Below, piece after piece: positions 31,370-41,850 of a stretch of 64,000 bases of DNA (the stretch's first letter is position 1; the number at the start of each line of letters is the position of its first letter). Position numbers and translations under genes: made by a program. The notes below the pieces were generated by a model. It was not told the origin of the DNA. It worked only from the letters and a program-made list of their open reading frames with translations, and did not search any database. The DNA is from Alphaproteobacteria bacterium (GTDB lineage: Bacteria > Pseudomonadota > Alphaproteobacteria > SP197). The stretch spans positions 2,016,001 through 2,080,000 of the forward strand of contig OZ245842.1 of the NCBI GenBank assembly GCA_965228895.1. Reading direction: 5' to 3'.

Positions 31370-33650
31370 ACTGCCGGCCGGGGCACACACCGACACGCTG
31401 CTGGCGCAAGCGCTTGGTTGGCTGGAGCCGATGTCGGGCGGCGTGGTCCCGGCGATCGAACCAGCGACCACGTACAAACGCGACCCCGCCATGCCGGTGG
31501 ACGAGGGCCTGTGGTACAGCCGGCCGGATAATCCCTGTTACTGGCAGATCGAGGCGCTGATTGCCCGTCTTGAAGGCGCCGAGGCGGCGCTTGTTACCGG
31601 TTCGGGCTCGGCGTCGATGGCGATGGTTGTCGAAGCGCTGAAGACCGGTGATCACGTGCTTATCCCCGAGATGGCCTATGGCGGTCTTCATTTCCTGGCG
31701 ACCGACATGGCGAACCACTGGGGCATCCGGTTCGACAGTTACCCCGCCGGTGACCTTGAGGCCCTCACGTCGCTGGTGCGGCCCGGCGAGACCAAAGTCG
31801 TCTGGGTCGAAGCGCCGTCCAACCCCGAGCTCATCGTCACCGATATCGCCGGTGCGGCAGCGATCGCCCACGACGCCGGCGCGCGCCTCGTTGTCGACAG
31901 CACGTTTGCGCCGCCGCCTCTGTTTCGGCCCATCGATCTTGGCGCGGACCTGGTGCTGCATTCCGCGACGAAGTTTCTGAACGGCCACAGCGATGTCGTT
32001 GCCGGCTCAATCGCGACGGCGCGATGCGATGATTTTTGGGATCACGTCGCGCATATGCGGTTTCGCTCCGGCGCCGTGCTCGGGCCCTTCGAGACGTGGT
32101 TGATGCTGCGCGGCATGCGGACGCTTCATGTGCGTATGGAACGCGCACAAGCGAACGCGCAGGGGATCGCGGAGTTCCTGGCGCAACACGATCGGGTCCA
32201 GCGTGTCTACTATCCCGGCCTTCGCGACCACCCCAGCCATGATCTCGCGCGAAGTCAGATGGCGGGCTTCGGCGCCATGGTCGCGTTTGACGTCGATGGC
32301 GGCGTTGACGAAGCGGCGGCCGTGTGGGGCGGCACAAAGGTGTTCAAGAACGCGACGTCGCTGGGCGGGCCGGAGAGCCTGATCGAACACCGTCACATCT
32401 CCGACGGCTACGACACACCGGTGCCGCCGTCCTTGCTGCGGCTTTCGATTGGGTTGGAAGATAAGGACGATCTAATCGCCGATCTCGACCAGGCCCTGGG
32501 CAGGCCGGCCTCCAATCGCAAGCCGGGGGTTGCGACCAACCTTGCCCAAGGGTTGGGCTGGGAAAGCAAACCCCATGGTGGCGTGATCCTACCGGTCCAC
32601 ATGGCCGTGACCTATGTGCGCGACCCCGGCGCTTATGGCGAAGGCTACAGTTATGGACGGGATCACAACCCGAACTTCGAACAGCCGGAGGTACTGCTCG
32701 CCGAACTTGAGGACGGTGCGGCCGCGCGGGTCTTCGGTTCCGGCATGGCGGCGGCTGCCGCCGTCTTCCAGGCGCTGAGCCACGGTGATCACGTCGTCGT
32801 CCAGGACACGCTTTATTGGGGCGTCAGAGCGTTCCTCAAACAACTCGCCGTCAAGTGGGGCATTGCCATCGACTGGTTTCCGTCCGGCGACCTGGATGCG
32901 CTGCGCAGTGTTGTGCGCGCGGGTGAGACGCGGGTCGTCTGGATCGAGACGCCGGCCAACCCGGCGATGACAATCACCGACATTGTCGGCGCAGCGGCGA
33001 TCGCCCATGACGCCGGCGCGCGGCTGATCGCCGACAACACGTTTGCCACGCCGCTGGTGACGCGGCCACTCGACCTGGGCGCCGATATGGTCATGCATTC
33101 GGCGACCAAGTACCTGAACGGCCACAGCGACGTTGTCGCCGGCGCCCTGGTGACAGCGCGCGACGACGACTTCTGGCAGGAGGTCGCGGCGGTTCGCCAC
33201 CTGGCGGGCGCAATCCTCGGTCCGTTTGAAGCATGGCTCCTGATGCGTGGGATGCGCACGCTCCATGTGCGCCTGGAACGCGCCATGGCGAACGCCATGA
33301 CAGTGGCCGAACACCTGCACGGCCACGGCGCGGTCAGCCATGTCCTCTATCCAGGTCTTGCAAGTTTTCCCGGTCATGACATGGCGCGTAGGCAAATGAG
33401 CGATGGTTTCGGCGCCATGCTCAGCATCCGGGTCGCCGGCGGTGAAGAAGCGGCCAAACGTGCCTGGTCGGGATTCAAACTCATCAAGACGGCGACGTCG
33501 TTGGGCGGCGTCGAGAGCCTGGTCGAGCATCGGGGTAGCGTCGAAGGGGCGGACAGTCCCGTGCCGAAGGACCTGTTGCGGTTGTCGATCGGCATCGAAC
33601 ACGCAGACGACCTGATCGCCGATCTCGATCACGCCTTGGCGTGTGCGTGA
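31362..33650 (+). CDS. Tandem two-domain Cys/Met-metabolism PLP enzyme (cystathionine gamma-synthase/lyase family)
   Basis: 762 aa made of two ~380-aa copies, each with HSATK(F/Y)[26 protein letters not shown] and LRLSIG.E..DDLIADL. Confidence 0.9.
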   Translation: MAELPAGAHTDTLLAQALGWLEPMSGGVVPAIEPATTYKRDPAMPVDEGLWYSRPDNPCYWQIEALIARLEGAEAALVTGSGSASMAMVVEALKTGDHVLIPEMAYGGLHFLATDMANHWGIRFDSYPAGDLEALTSLVRPGETKVVWVEAPSNPELIVTDIAGAAAIAHDAGARLVVDSTFAPPPLFRPIDLGADLVLHSATKFLNGHSDVVAGSIATARCDDFWDHVAHMRFRSGAVLGPFETWLMLRGMRTLHVRMERAQANAQGIAEFLAQHDRVQRVYYPGLRDHPSHDLARSQMAGFGAMVAFDVDGGVDEAAAVWGGTKVFKNATSLGGPESLIEHRHISDGYDTPVPPSLLRLSIGLEDKDDLIADLDQALGRPASNRKPGVATNLAQGLGWESKPHGGVILPVHMAVTYVRDPGAYGEGYSYGRDHNPNFEQPEVLLAELEDGAAARVFGSGMAAAAAVFQALSHGDHVVVQDTLYWGVRAFLKQLAVKWGIAIDWFPSGDLDALRSVVRAGETRVVWIETPANPAMTITDIVGAAAIAHDAGARLIADNTFATPLVTRPLDLGADMVMHSATKYLNGHSDVVAGALVTARDDDFWQEVAAVRHLAGAILGPFEAWLLMRGMRTLHVRLERAMANAMTVAEHLHGHGAVSHVLYPGLASFPGHDMARRQMSDGFGAMLSIRVAGGEEAAKRAWSGFKLIKTATSLGGVESLVEHRGSVEGADSPVPKDLLRLSIGIEHADDLIADLDHALACA

Positions 33651-33665
33651 GGTGAGGCCAGGCCC

Positions 33666-34433
33666 GTGCCCTTCATTCCAATCAGCGACGACAACGACCT
33701 CAGGCTGATCGGATTCCAGATTGTCACGGCGGTCCTGATTGCCGCCAACGTCATTGTTTTCCTCTGGCAGTTGACCCTGGACGATCAGAGTCTTTGGAGC
33801 TTCTGGTACAGTTACGGACTGATACCGGCGATTCTGACTGGCGAACGGGAGTTGATGCCGTCGCTTGAAAAGATCCCTGCTTGGGCCACGCTCTTCACCA
33901 GCATGTTCCTTCACTCCAGCTACTGGCATGTCGGTGGCAACATGCTGTTTTTGTGGATCTTCGGCGACAATATCGAAGATGCCACCGGCCATGTGCGTTT
34001 CGTTTTCCTCTTCTTGCTATGCGGCGCCGTCGCCGGTCTTTCGGAGGTCGTTGTCGACCCCGGCGGTATGGTGCCCGTGGTTGGCGCAAGCGGCGCCATA
34101 GCCGGCGTTCTTGGTGCTTATCTCGTGCTGCATCCCAGGCGACGCCTGTTGATCCTGGTCATGCGCACGGTGCCGGTCCGGCTGAATGTTGGCTTGGTGC
34201 TCGTCTTCTGGATCCTGTTTCAGATCGGTGCGGCGCTTATTGTTGGCGGCGATGAGGATAACGAGACCGCGTGGTGGGCCCATGTCGGCGGTTTCCTGGC
34301 CGGCATGGTCTTGATACCGTTGTTCAAACGGCGCGATATCCCCTTGTTCGACGGCCAGCCCTTTGCGTTTGCCATGTTCTATCGGCGGCACGACGTGCTC
34401 GAAGACCCAGACGAGAAGGAAGACCAATCGTGA
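33666..34433 (+). CDS. Rhomboid family intramembrane serine protease
   Basis: TSMFLH...H.GGNMLFLWIFGDNIED, GASGA, AWWAHVGG. Confidence 0.92.
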   Translation: MPFIPISDDNDLRLIGFQIVTAVLIAANVIVFLWQLTLDDQSLWSFWYSYGLIPAILTGERELMPSLEKIPAWATLFTSMFLHSSYWHVGGNMLFLWIFGDNIEDATGHVRFVFLFLLCGAVAGLSEVVVDPGGMVPVVGASGAIAGVLGAYLVLHPRRRLLILVMRTVPVRLNVGLVLVFWILFQIGAALIVGGDEDNETAWWAHVGGFLAGMVLIPLFKRRDIPLFDGQPFAFAMFYRRHDVLEDPDEKEDQS

Positions 34434-34846
34434 CAGAAGGCAAGCAAACGAAGCTCGATGCCTTCGTGACATTTATCTATACGCCGGACACCGTGCGTGC
34501 CTTCGCCTTCTACGAAGACATACTGGGTCTGTCGCTGATCCATGACGAAGGCGTCGCGCGCATCTATCGCATCGCCGGTTCGGGGTACTTGGGCGTCTGT
34601 CAGGAAGGTGAGGGGCGTCCGTGCGAGCCGCGCGGCGTCTGCCTCTCGTTGATCACCGACGATGTCGACGGGTGGTACAAGCGCCTGACGGCCAAGGGCG
34701 TGACCACCAAGGGCCCGCCTGCCTCACTGCCACAATACGGCGTCTACAGCTTCTTTCTGCGCGACCCCGACGGTCATCTGATCGAGGTGCAGCGCTTCGA
34801 CAATCCCGATTGGGCGATGACGAAGAAAAAGGACGTAACACGATGA
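34430..34846 (+). CDS. VOC/glyoxalase family protein
   Basis: FYEDILGL, DDVDGWY..L, FFLRDPDGHLIE; GTG overlapping the upstream stop. Confidence 0.85.
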   Translation: MTEGKQTKLDAFVTFIYTPDTVRAFAFYEDILGLSLIHDEGVARIYRIAGSGYLGVCQEGEGRPCEPRGVCLSLITDDVDGWYKRLTAKGVTTKGPPASLPQYGVYSFFLRDPDGHLIEVQRFDNPDWAMTKKKDVTR

Positions 34847-35457
34847 TCGATCTTTATTGGTGGGGCACACCCAACGGCCGCAAGGTTTCCATCATGCTTG
34901 AAGAGGTCGGCCTGCCATACGAGGCCCACCACGTCGATATCGGCGCGGGCGATCAGTACAAGCAGGCGTTTCTGGAGATCAGCCCCAACAACAAGATCCC
35001 GGCCATCGTCGACCCCGACGGCCCGGACGGAAAATCGATCTCGGTCTTTGAGTCCGGCGCGATCCTGATCTATCTCGCCGAGAAAACCGGCCAGTTTCTG
35101 CCGAGCGAACCGCGCGCGCGCCTGGACGTCTTGCAATGGCTGATGTTCCAGATGGGCGGCGTCGGGCCGATGTTTGGCCAGGCCAACCACTTCATCAAGT
35201 TCGCCAACCAGAAGGTGCCTTATGCCATCGACCGCTATCGGGGCGAGGCCATGCGGCTGCTGGGGGTGATGAACACGCGCCTGGGTGATGTCGACTATCT
35301 GGCTGGCGACTATTCGATCGCCGATATCGCCACCTGGCCCTGGGTCATGCGTGCCGAATGGTACGACACCAACTGGGACGACTTTCCGAACACCAAACGT
35401 TGGTACGACACGATCGCCGAACGCCCGGCGGTTCAGCGCGGGCTCGAGGTCGACTAG
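34843..35457 (+). CDS. Glutathione S-transferase, YfcG-like (disulfide-bond oxidoreductase)
   Basis: MIDLYWWGTPNG.K, SPNNKIPAI.D, FESGAILIYLAEK, YSIADIATWPW. Confidence 0.9.
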   Translation: MIDLYWWGTPNGRKVSIMLEEVGLPYEAHHVDIGAGDQYKQAFLEISPNNKIPAIVDPDGPDGKSISVFESGAILIYLAEKTGQFLPSEPRARLDVLQWLMFQMGGVGPMFGQANHFIKFANQKVPYAIDRYRGEAMRLLGVMNTRLGDVDYLAGDYSIADIATWPWVMRAEWYDTNWDDFPNTKRWYDTIAERPAVQRGLEVD

Positions 35458-35550
35458 AGCGCGTCGGACGGGATTTGTGCTGTTACCCCACCCACGGACG
35501 ATCAATCCGCAACATTGACGCGGCCTGTCGCCATCACTAGAAACGGCGGC

Positions 35551-35641
35551 GGAGAGGTGGCCGAGTGGTCGAAGGCGCTCCCCTGCTAAGGGAGTATGGG
35601 TCAAAAGCCCATCGAGGGTTCGAATCCCTTCCTCTCCGCCA
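35551..35641 (+). tRNA. tRNA-Ser(GCT)
   Basis: Acceptor GGAGAGG/CCTCTCC+GCCA, D-loop CCGAGTGGTCGAAGG, anticodon arm CTCCC-CTGCTAA-GGGAG, long variable arm, GGTTCGAATCC. Confidence 0.97.
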
Positions 35642-35794
35642 CTCCTAACTTATTGATGTTTATGGTTTAACAGGACTGCCTCGTACGCCGGGCGCTGGCG
35701 GCTTTTCTTTGCTGCGCCTGCTCGACACAATGCGCGGGCGCCGCTCCGGTTACGGGTGCGGACAAAAGAATGTCCAGAATGCGGGAGGCCAGAC

Positions 35795-36736
35795 GTGACA
35801 ACGACGACCGATGAAGACCTTGCCATCGCGTATGAAGCCATGAAAGCCGTGCCGTTTCTGGCGTCGGTCAATCCGGGCGCGTGCACGATCGAACGCCTGC
35901 ACGGTCTGACCAACAAGGTCTACCGGGTCGACACGCCGGACGGCAGCTACTGTCTGAGGGTGCCCGGCGACGGCACCGAAGGTTTCATTGATCGTTCGGT
36001 CGAACGGGTCAACGCACGCGCGGCGGCCGCGGCCGGTGTCAGCCCCGAGGTGCTCTATTTCGGCGACGACGCGCTGATGGTGACGCCGTTTCTCGGCGAC
36101 ACGACGACGATGTCGCAGGAGCTACTGCAGACGCTGCCGGGTGCGCCGTCGCGCGCCGGCGAGGCTTTTCGTAAGCTGCACACCTCAGGCGAGACGTTCG
36201 AGTTCCGGTTCGAACTGTTCGCGATGATCGACGAGTATCTGGCGCATCTCGACAAGCTCGGCGTGACCGAGCTGCCCGACGGTTACCACGAGGCGGTTGC
36301 CGAGGCGCAGGCGGTGCGCGAGGCGCTCGACGCGCATGAGATGCCGCTGGCCGCCTGCCACTGCGATCCCATGGTCGAAAACATGCTGGATGACGGCAAG
36401 CGCATGTGGATCATCGACTGGGAGTATTCGGGCATGAATGATCCCTTGTGGGATCTCGGTGACTTCTCCGTCGAAGCGGGCTTCAACGCCGAGCAAGACC
36501 GCGAGATGATGGAAGCCTATTTCGGCCGCGCGCCGACGGACTTTGAGACGGGCCGCATGGTGCTCTATAAGGCGATGTGCGATCTCCTGTGGACGCTGTG
36601 GGGCCTCATCCAACACGCCAACAAGAACCCCGTCGACGATTTTTGGGCCTATGCCATCAACCGTTTCGAGCGGTGCAAGAAGCTGATGAATGATCCGTCG
36701 TTCAAGGGCCACGTCGCCGCGGCTCGCGCGGGCTGA
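35795..36736 (+). CDS. Choline/ethanolamine kinase family phosphotransferase
   Basis: GGGAGG RBS before GTG 35795; GLTNKVYR, LRVPG.GT...IDR, Brenner motif CHCDP..EN, IIDWEYSGMNDP.WDLG. Confidence 0.88.
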   Translation: MTTTTDEDLAIAYEAMKAVPFLASVNPGACTIERLHGLTNKVYRVDTPDGSYCLRVPGDGTEGFIDRSVERVNARAAAAAGVSPEVLYFGDDALMVTPFLGDTTTMSQELLQTLPGAPSRAGEAFRKLHTSGETFEFRFELFAMIDEYLAHLDKLGVTELPDGYHEAVAEAQAVREALDAHEMPLAACHCDPMVENMLDDGKRMWIIDWEYSGMNDPLWDLGDFSVEAGFNAEQDREMMEAYFGRAPTDFETGRMVLYKAMCDLLWTLWGLIQHANKNPVDDFWAYAINRFERCKKLMNDPSFKGHVAAARAG

Positions 36737-36777
36737 GTAAGGCACGGGCGGACGCAACACGAAGGTGTCGTTGCCGC

Positions 36778-36795
36778 TGTCACTATGTGACAATC
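36778..36795. promoter_or_regulatory. Palindromic operator upstream of the ABC importer operon
   Basis: TGTCAC-TAT-GTGACA(ATC); 17/18 identical to 48709-48726; TTGACA hexamer 11 bp downstream (36807-36812). Confidence 0.65.
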
Positions 36796-37158
36796 GCGCG
36801 CATTTCTTGACAGACAACCTGACAGGACCGAACATTCGAGGGCAGAAAAACGCAACGTCTTCTGCCGTCGTGCCAAGGTTGGCCATGACAGGATGCCAAG
36901 CGGTCGGACATAGGTTTCGGCCCGGGGAATGGGGGAGGTTTGGCGGACACGGCCGCATCGTTGTTGACGTGCGAGTCACGTAGAGCAGGGGCTGAGATCT
37001 CCTGTCGCGATTGGTTGGTTCCCGAACCCGTCGGTTACCAGGCTTTTTATCGAAGCAGTGTTGTTTTGCAGCGGATGTTGCCGTTTTCGGCGACGCCCAC
37101 GCGTGCTGTCGCGTAGGCGTGCGCCTCCGTCAGCTCAACAGAGGGAGTGAAGAGCACC

Positions 37159-38247
37159 ATGTCGAAGAAGAATAAATCGAACCCCGTTGCGGGGAAGGGG
37201 ACGTCACGCCGCCAGGTTCTCAAGGGAGCCGGTGGCTTGGCCACGGCCGGCGCGGTCAGCGCCCTGGGTTTCCCCGCGATCGCGCAGTCCAAACCCGATC
37301 AGCTTGTCATTGCCTCGGGCGGCGGTGCTCTCGATGAGGCCTACAAGGCCGCCTATTTCGACTCGTTTACCGAGAAGACGGGCATCGAGATCATCACCGC
37401 GCCCTATGCCGGCCTTGCCAAGGTGAAGTCGATGATCGAGGCCGACAACGTCGATCTCGATGTTCTGAACATCGACGCCGCCGAGGCGCCTGTGGCCGGC
37501 AACAACGGCTGGTTGGAGCCGATCGACTGGGGGCTGACCGACCGCAGTGCTGTGCTGCCGGCGGCAGCCTGGGATGACCATGTCTATGCCGAGGTCGCGG
37601 CCAAGGTCGTCGCCTGGAACACCGACAGCTTCGGTGACAACCCGCCGCAGGGTTGGGTCGACATGTGGGACATGGAAAAGTTCCCGGGTCGGCGCAGCTT
37701 GTGGAAACAGGCGTTCCAGACACTGGAGGTCGCGCTCATGGGTGACGGCGTGCCGAAGGACCAGATCTACCCGATCGATGTCCAAAAAGGCCTTGCCGCG
37801 CTCGACAAGATCAAGCCGGAGTTGATCTGGTGGGAATCCGGCGGCCAGTCCGCCCAGTTCCTGATCGACGGCGAAAGCGATGTTGGCTCGACCTGGAACG
37901 GCCGCGTCTATCAGCCGAAAGTCGACGGCGCGCCTGTCGACTACACGTTCAACGACGCACTCTTCGTGTCCGGTGCGTGGTGTGTCGTGAAGGGCGCCGG
38001 CAATGTCGGCTGGTCGATGGAGTTCATCGCCCACACGCTGGAACCCGAACGTCAGGCGATCTATTCCGAGAACATCCCCTACGGGCCGGTGGTGCCGGCG
38101 GCGTTGGAGTACATTCCCGCCGACCGTTTGCCGCTGCTGCCGAGTTCGGCCGAAAACATCGACAAGGGTGTGTGGTCGGACTTCCAGTTCTGGGCCGCAA
38201 ACGGTGAAGAAGTCATCAACGAGTTCAACGAGTGGCTTCTGAGCTAA
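37159..38247 (+). CDS. ABC transporter substrate-binding protein (PotD/PotF-like), Tat-exported
   Basis: Tat motif SRRQVLK, FPAIAQ cleavage region, DMWDMEKFPGRR, LEVALMGDGV, WNGR. Confidence 0.88.
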   Translation: MSKKNKSNPVAGKGTSRRQVLKGAGGLATAGAVSALGFPAIAQSKPDQLVIASGGGALDEAYKAAYFDSFTEKTGIEIITAPYAGLAKVKSMIEADNVDLDVLNIDAAEAPVAGNNGWLEPIDWGLTDRSAVLPAAAWDDHVYAEVAAKVVAWNTDSFGDNPPQGWVDMWDMEKFPGRRSLWKQAFQTLEVALMGDGVPKDQIYPIDVQKGLAALDKIKPELIWWESGGQSAQFLIDGESDVGSTWNGRVYQPKVDGAPVDYTFNDALFVSGAWCVVKGAGNVGWSMEFIAHTLEPERQAIYSENIPYGPVVPAALEYIPADRLPLLPSSAENIDKGVWSDFQFWAANGEEVINEFNEWLLS

Positions 38248-38285
38248 TCATCACATGCCCGCGACAAAAATAAGCGGCGGGGTCG

Positions 38286-39164
38286 ATGGCAAGTGAGAGC
38301 CATATGACGACAAAGGCCTCGGGCAGGGTGTGGAGCCCTGCCCGAGGTTACTTTGTGATCTTGTCGCTGCCGGTTCTGTTCCTGCTGCTGTTCTTCCTGT
38401 GGCCGCTGTTCACGGTGGTCACCCGCAGTTTCGGGGTCGACGAACCGTTCTTCGTCCATTTCCTGACCGTCTTCGAGCGCTCGTCCTATATCCGGGTCCT
38501 GGGCTACACCTTCCAGGTTGCCGCCACCGTAACCGTGCTGTGCCTCTTAATCGCCTACCCGGTGGCGGCCCTGATCGCGCGCCTTAAGGGTGGCTGGTTG
38601 CAGATTTCGTTTGCCCTCATCCTGGTGCCGTTCTGGACCAGCACGGTCATCCGCACCTATGCGTGGATGGTGCTGTTTCAACGCAAGGGCGTCATCAATG
38701 GGTTTCTGATCGATCTCGGCCTGGTCGATACGCCGTTAAGGCTGATGCACAACAACATCGGCGTGCATATCGGCATGGTGCACATCATGCTGCCCTTTAT
38801 GCTGCTGCCGTTGATCAGCGCGTTCCGCAACATCGATCCCAGCTACATGCGCGCCGCCGGCGTGCTCGGCGCCAATCCGATCCGTGCCTTCTGGCATGTC
38901 TATTTGCCGCTATCCATGCCGGGCGTCAGCGCCGGCGTGGCGCTGGTCTTCATCACCTCGCTAGGCTTCTACATCACACCGGCGCTATTGGGCGGCGCCC
39001 AGAACATGATGGTCGCCGTCCTGATCGAGCAGCAGGTCTCGATCACGGTGAACTGGGAACTGGCCTCCGCGCTGGCCTCGTTGTTGCTGATCCTGACCGT
39101 CGCGCTCTACATCGTTTATGACCGCGTGGCGCGCCGCGCGGGCGCCGGTGGGGTATTGGAATGA
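38286..39164 (+). CDS. ABC transporter permease (PotB-like)
   Basis: PFWTSTVIRTYAW, LPFMLLP, AAGVLGA..., GFYITPALLGG. Confidence 0.9.
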   Translation: MASESHMTTKASGRVWSPARGYFVILSLPVLFLLLFFLWPLFTVVTRSFGVDEPFFVHFLTVFERSSYIRVLGYTFQVAATVTVLCLLIAYPVAALIARLKGGWLQISFALILVPFWTSTVIRTYAWMVLFQRKGVINGFLIDLGLVDTPLRLMHNNIGVHIGMVHIMLPFMLLPLISAFRNIDPSYMRAAGVLGANPIRAFWHVYLPLSMPGVSAGVALVFITSLGFYITPALLGGAQNMMVAVLIEQQVSITVNWELASALASLLLILTVALYIVYDRVARRAGAGGVLE

Positions 39165-39973
39165 CGCGGTGGGCGACGGCAGGGCGCGTTGCGAAGATCG
39201 TCATGATCGGGTTCGCGGCACTTGTGCTGCTCTATCTCGTCATGCCGACCTTCGTCATCGTGCCGATGTCGTTCTCCGACAAACTCTACCTGAGTTTCCC
39301 GCCGACCGAATGGTCGTTCCGCTGGTACGAGGCCATGGCCGATCGCGTCGACTACCCGCAGGCGCTGTGGAACAGCATCAAGATCGGTGTGCCCGTCGCG
39401 CTTCTGGCGACGACCTTCGGCACGTTGGCGGCGCTCGGCGTCGTGCGCGGCCGGTTTTTTGGCGCCCGTCCGATGTCCGCGCTTGTCATCGCACCTTTGA
39501 TGCTGCCCCAGATCATTCTGGCCATCGGCCTCTATCCGGTGATGGCGAAACTCGGCATGGCCGGCACCTATCCCGGTGTCGTGCTCGGCCATACGGTGAT
39601 CTGCATTCCACTTGTCTTCATCACCGTCGCGGCATCGTTGAAAGGCTACCACCCGGCCTATGAGTACGCGGCGATGACCATGGGCGCGGGGTGGTGGCGC
39701 ACGTTCTGGTACGTCACCTTTCCGATGATCCGGGTCGGCGTCATTGTCGGGGCGATCCTTTCCTTCACCTTCTCGTTCGACGAATTGATCATTGCGCTTT
39801 TCCTGACCAGTCCGGAGACCCGAACCTTGCCCCGCCTGTTGTGGGAAGACCTTCGCCAGTACGTCACGCCGATCATCGCGGCGGCGACCACTCTTGTCTT
39901 GTGTATCTCGTTCGCGCTGTTCGGCGCGCTCGCGGTTCTGCAAAAACGTATGCAACGGGACCAGACGCCATGA
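39161..39973 (+). CDS. ABC transporter permease (PotC-like)
   Basis: PMSFS...FPP..WSFRWY, AAMTMGA, FSFDELIIALFL, TLPR. Confidence 0.9.
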   Translation: MTRWATAGRVAKIVMIGFAALVLLYLVMPTFVIVPMSFSDKLYLSFPPTEWSFRWYEAMADRVDYPQALWNSIKIGVPVALLATTFGTLAALGVVRGRFFGARPMSALVIAPLMLPQIILAIGLYPVMAKLGMAGTYPGVVLGHTVICIPLVFITVAASLKGYHPAYEYAAMTMGAGWWRTFWYVTFPMIRVGVIVGAILSFTFSFDELIIALFLTSPETRTLPRLLWEDLRQYVTPIIAAATTLVLCISFALFGALAVLQKRMQRDQTP

Positions 39974-41049
39974 CCGGGCAGGGCGCGCGGATCGAATACC
40001 GGGACATCGCCAAGTCCTACGGGGCGGTACAGGCGCTGACGCCAACCACGCTCGATATCGAGCCTGGTGAGTTCTTCTCGATCATCGGACCCAGCGGTTC
40101 CGGCAAGACAACCCTGCTGGGCGTCACCGCCGGCTACATACCGCCCACCGGCGGGGAGATACTGGTCGACGGCAAGAACGTTGTCGGCGTGCCGCCGTTC
40201 CAGCGCAACATCGGCATGGTTTTTCAGAACTACGCGCTCTTCCCGCATATGAGTGTCGGTGACAACGTGGGTTTTGCGCTCAAGATGCGCGGTGTGCCGA
40301 AGTCAGAGGCCGCCGAGCGTGTCGCGCGCATGCTGGACCTGGTGCGTCTTGGCGACATGGCCAACCGCAGGCCGAGCCAGTTATCCGGCGGCCAGCAGCA
40401 GCGCGTCGCGTTGGCGCGCGCCGCCGTCTACGACCCGCTTTTGCTTCTCATGGATGAACCGTTGAGCGCGCTCGACAAGAACCTGCGCGAAGCCATGCAA
40501 GACGAGATCAAGCAGTTTCAGGCAGCGCTCGGCTCGACCGTGCTCTACGTCACCCATGATCAGGCCGAAGCGGCCGCGATGTCGCACCGGATCGCGATCA
40601 TGAATCATGGCCGTGTCGCTCAGGTCGGCTCGCCACGCGATCTCTACGAACATCCGGTCGACCGATTCGTCGCCAGCTTCCTCGGTGAAGCCAACCTTTT
40701 CGACCTGACCGAACTCACCGCCCACGGCAACGGTGCGCGCGCCGTGACGACCGAAGGATTTGTGCTGCATTCGGCCACGGCGCCCAACGGCGATGCCCAA
40801 TGCGCCTGCGTACGGCCGGAGACCGTCAACGTGTCCGATAGGCCGGTGGAAGCCGACAACAGCGTTGAGGGGCGGATCGTCGACGCAACGTATACGGCCG
40901 GCAGCCTGCGCTACCGCATCGAAATTGCGCCCGAGGTGATCATGACGAAGCGGACGCCGTCGGTCCGGGGCGAGGCATTGATGCCTGAAGGAACAAAGGT
41001 TCACGTCTCCTGGCGGGCCGAAGACACCTTGCTCGTGAACAACGACTAG
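39970..41049 (+). CDS. ABC transporter ATP-binding protein (PotA-like)
   Basis: GPSGSGKT, VFQNYALFPHM, LSGGQQQR, LLMDEP, VTHDQ, TOBE-like C-terminus. Confidence 0.93.
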   Translation: MTGQGARIEYRDIAKSYGAVQALTPTTLDIEPGEFFSIIGPSGSGKTTLLGVTAGYIPPTGGEILVDGKNVVGVPPFQRNIGMVFQNYALFPHMSVGDNVGFALKMRGVPKSEAAERVARMLDLVRLGDMANRRPSQLSGGQQQRVALARAAVYDPLLLLMDEPLSALDKNLREAMQDEIKQFQAALGSTVLYVTHDQAEAAAMSHRIAIMNHGRVAQVGSPRDLYEHPVDRFVASFLGEANLFDLTELTAHGNGARAVTTEGFVLHSATAPNGDAQCACVRPETVNVSDRPVEADNSVEGRIVDATYTAGSLRYRIEIAPEVIMTKRTPSVRGEALMPEGTKVHVSWRAEDTLLVNND

Positions 41050-41060
41050 GGAGCCAACAC

Positions 41061-41834
41061 ATGCCCTTCACCGACAAGAAGGCGGTGGTGACCGGCGGCG
41101 GCCGTGGCATGGGCCGCAGTCATGCCGAGGCATTTGCGGCACGCGGCGCTGCGGTGGGGGTCATCGACCTTGATGGCGCATTGGTTGATCAGGCGGTCGC
41201 CACGATCCGCGAAGCAGGAGGCGTTGCTCATGGTGTCAAATGCGACGTCGCCGACGTCGCCGCGATCACCGAGGCGATCGCAAGTCTTGAGCGGTCTCTG
41301 GGCGGCATCGACATTCTGGTGAACAACGCCGGTATCGATGAAATGCGCGATATCGAGGAGATCGATGAGGCGAGCTTTGACCGTATGTTCGGCGTGCACG
41401 TCAAGGGGACGTTCTTTGCGACCCGTGCCGCCGTGCCCGGCATGAAGGCGCGAGGTGCCGGCAAGATCGTCGTGACGGCCTCGACAGCAGGCATGACAGG
41501 GATTGCGGGTGACTCCCACTATTCAGGCGCTAAAGCGGCTTTGATGGGCTTGACCAAGGCGTGGGCTAAGGAGCTGGCGCCCTTCGGCATCCATGTCAAT
41601 GCGGTGGCGCCCGGCGCGACCATGACCGAGATGGTCATGACCAAACTGCCGACGCGCGAAGAATCCATGGCGCGTGTGCGCCAGCGCCTGGATGCGGGCG
41701 CGGTGCCGTTGGGTCGTTATGCGGATCCATCGGAGATAACCGCCGTCGTTTTGTTCCTGGCCTCCGACGAGGCAAGTTTTATCACCGGACAGGTCATCAG
41801 CCCCAATGGCGGCGAAGTGATCGTCGGTATCTAG
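41061..41834 (+). CDS. SDR family NAD(P)-dependent oxidoreductase
   Basis: TGGGRGMG, NNAG, YSGAK, VNAVAPG. Confidence 0.92.
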   Translation: MPFTDKKAVVTGGGRGMGRSHAEAFAARGAAVGVIDLDGALVDQAVATIREAGGVAHGVKCDVADVAAITEAIASLERSLGGIDILVNNAGIDEMRDIEEIDEASFDRMFGVHVKGTFFATRAAVPGMKARGAGKIVVTASTAGMTGIAGDSHYSGAKAALMGLTKAWAKELAPFGIHVNAVAPGATMTEMVMTKLPTREESMARVRQRLDAGAVPLGRYADPSEITAVVLFLASDEASFITGQVISPNGGEVIVGI

Positions 41835-41850
41835 GCAAGGGAGAACTACC

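Noticed and set aside
31362-33650. Long imperfect DNA direct repeat about 1.14 kb apart
   Set aside because: Explained by the intragenic domain duplication; not a mobile element
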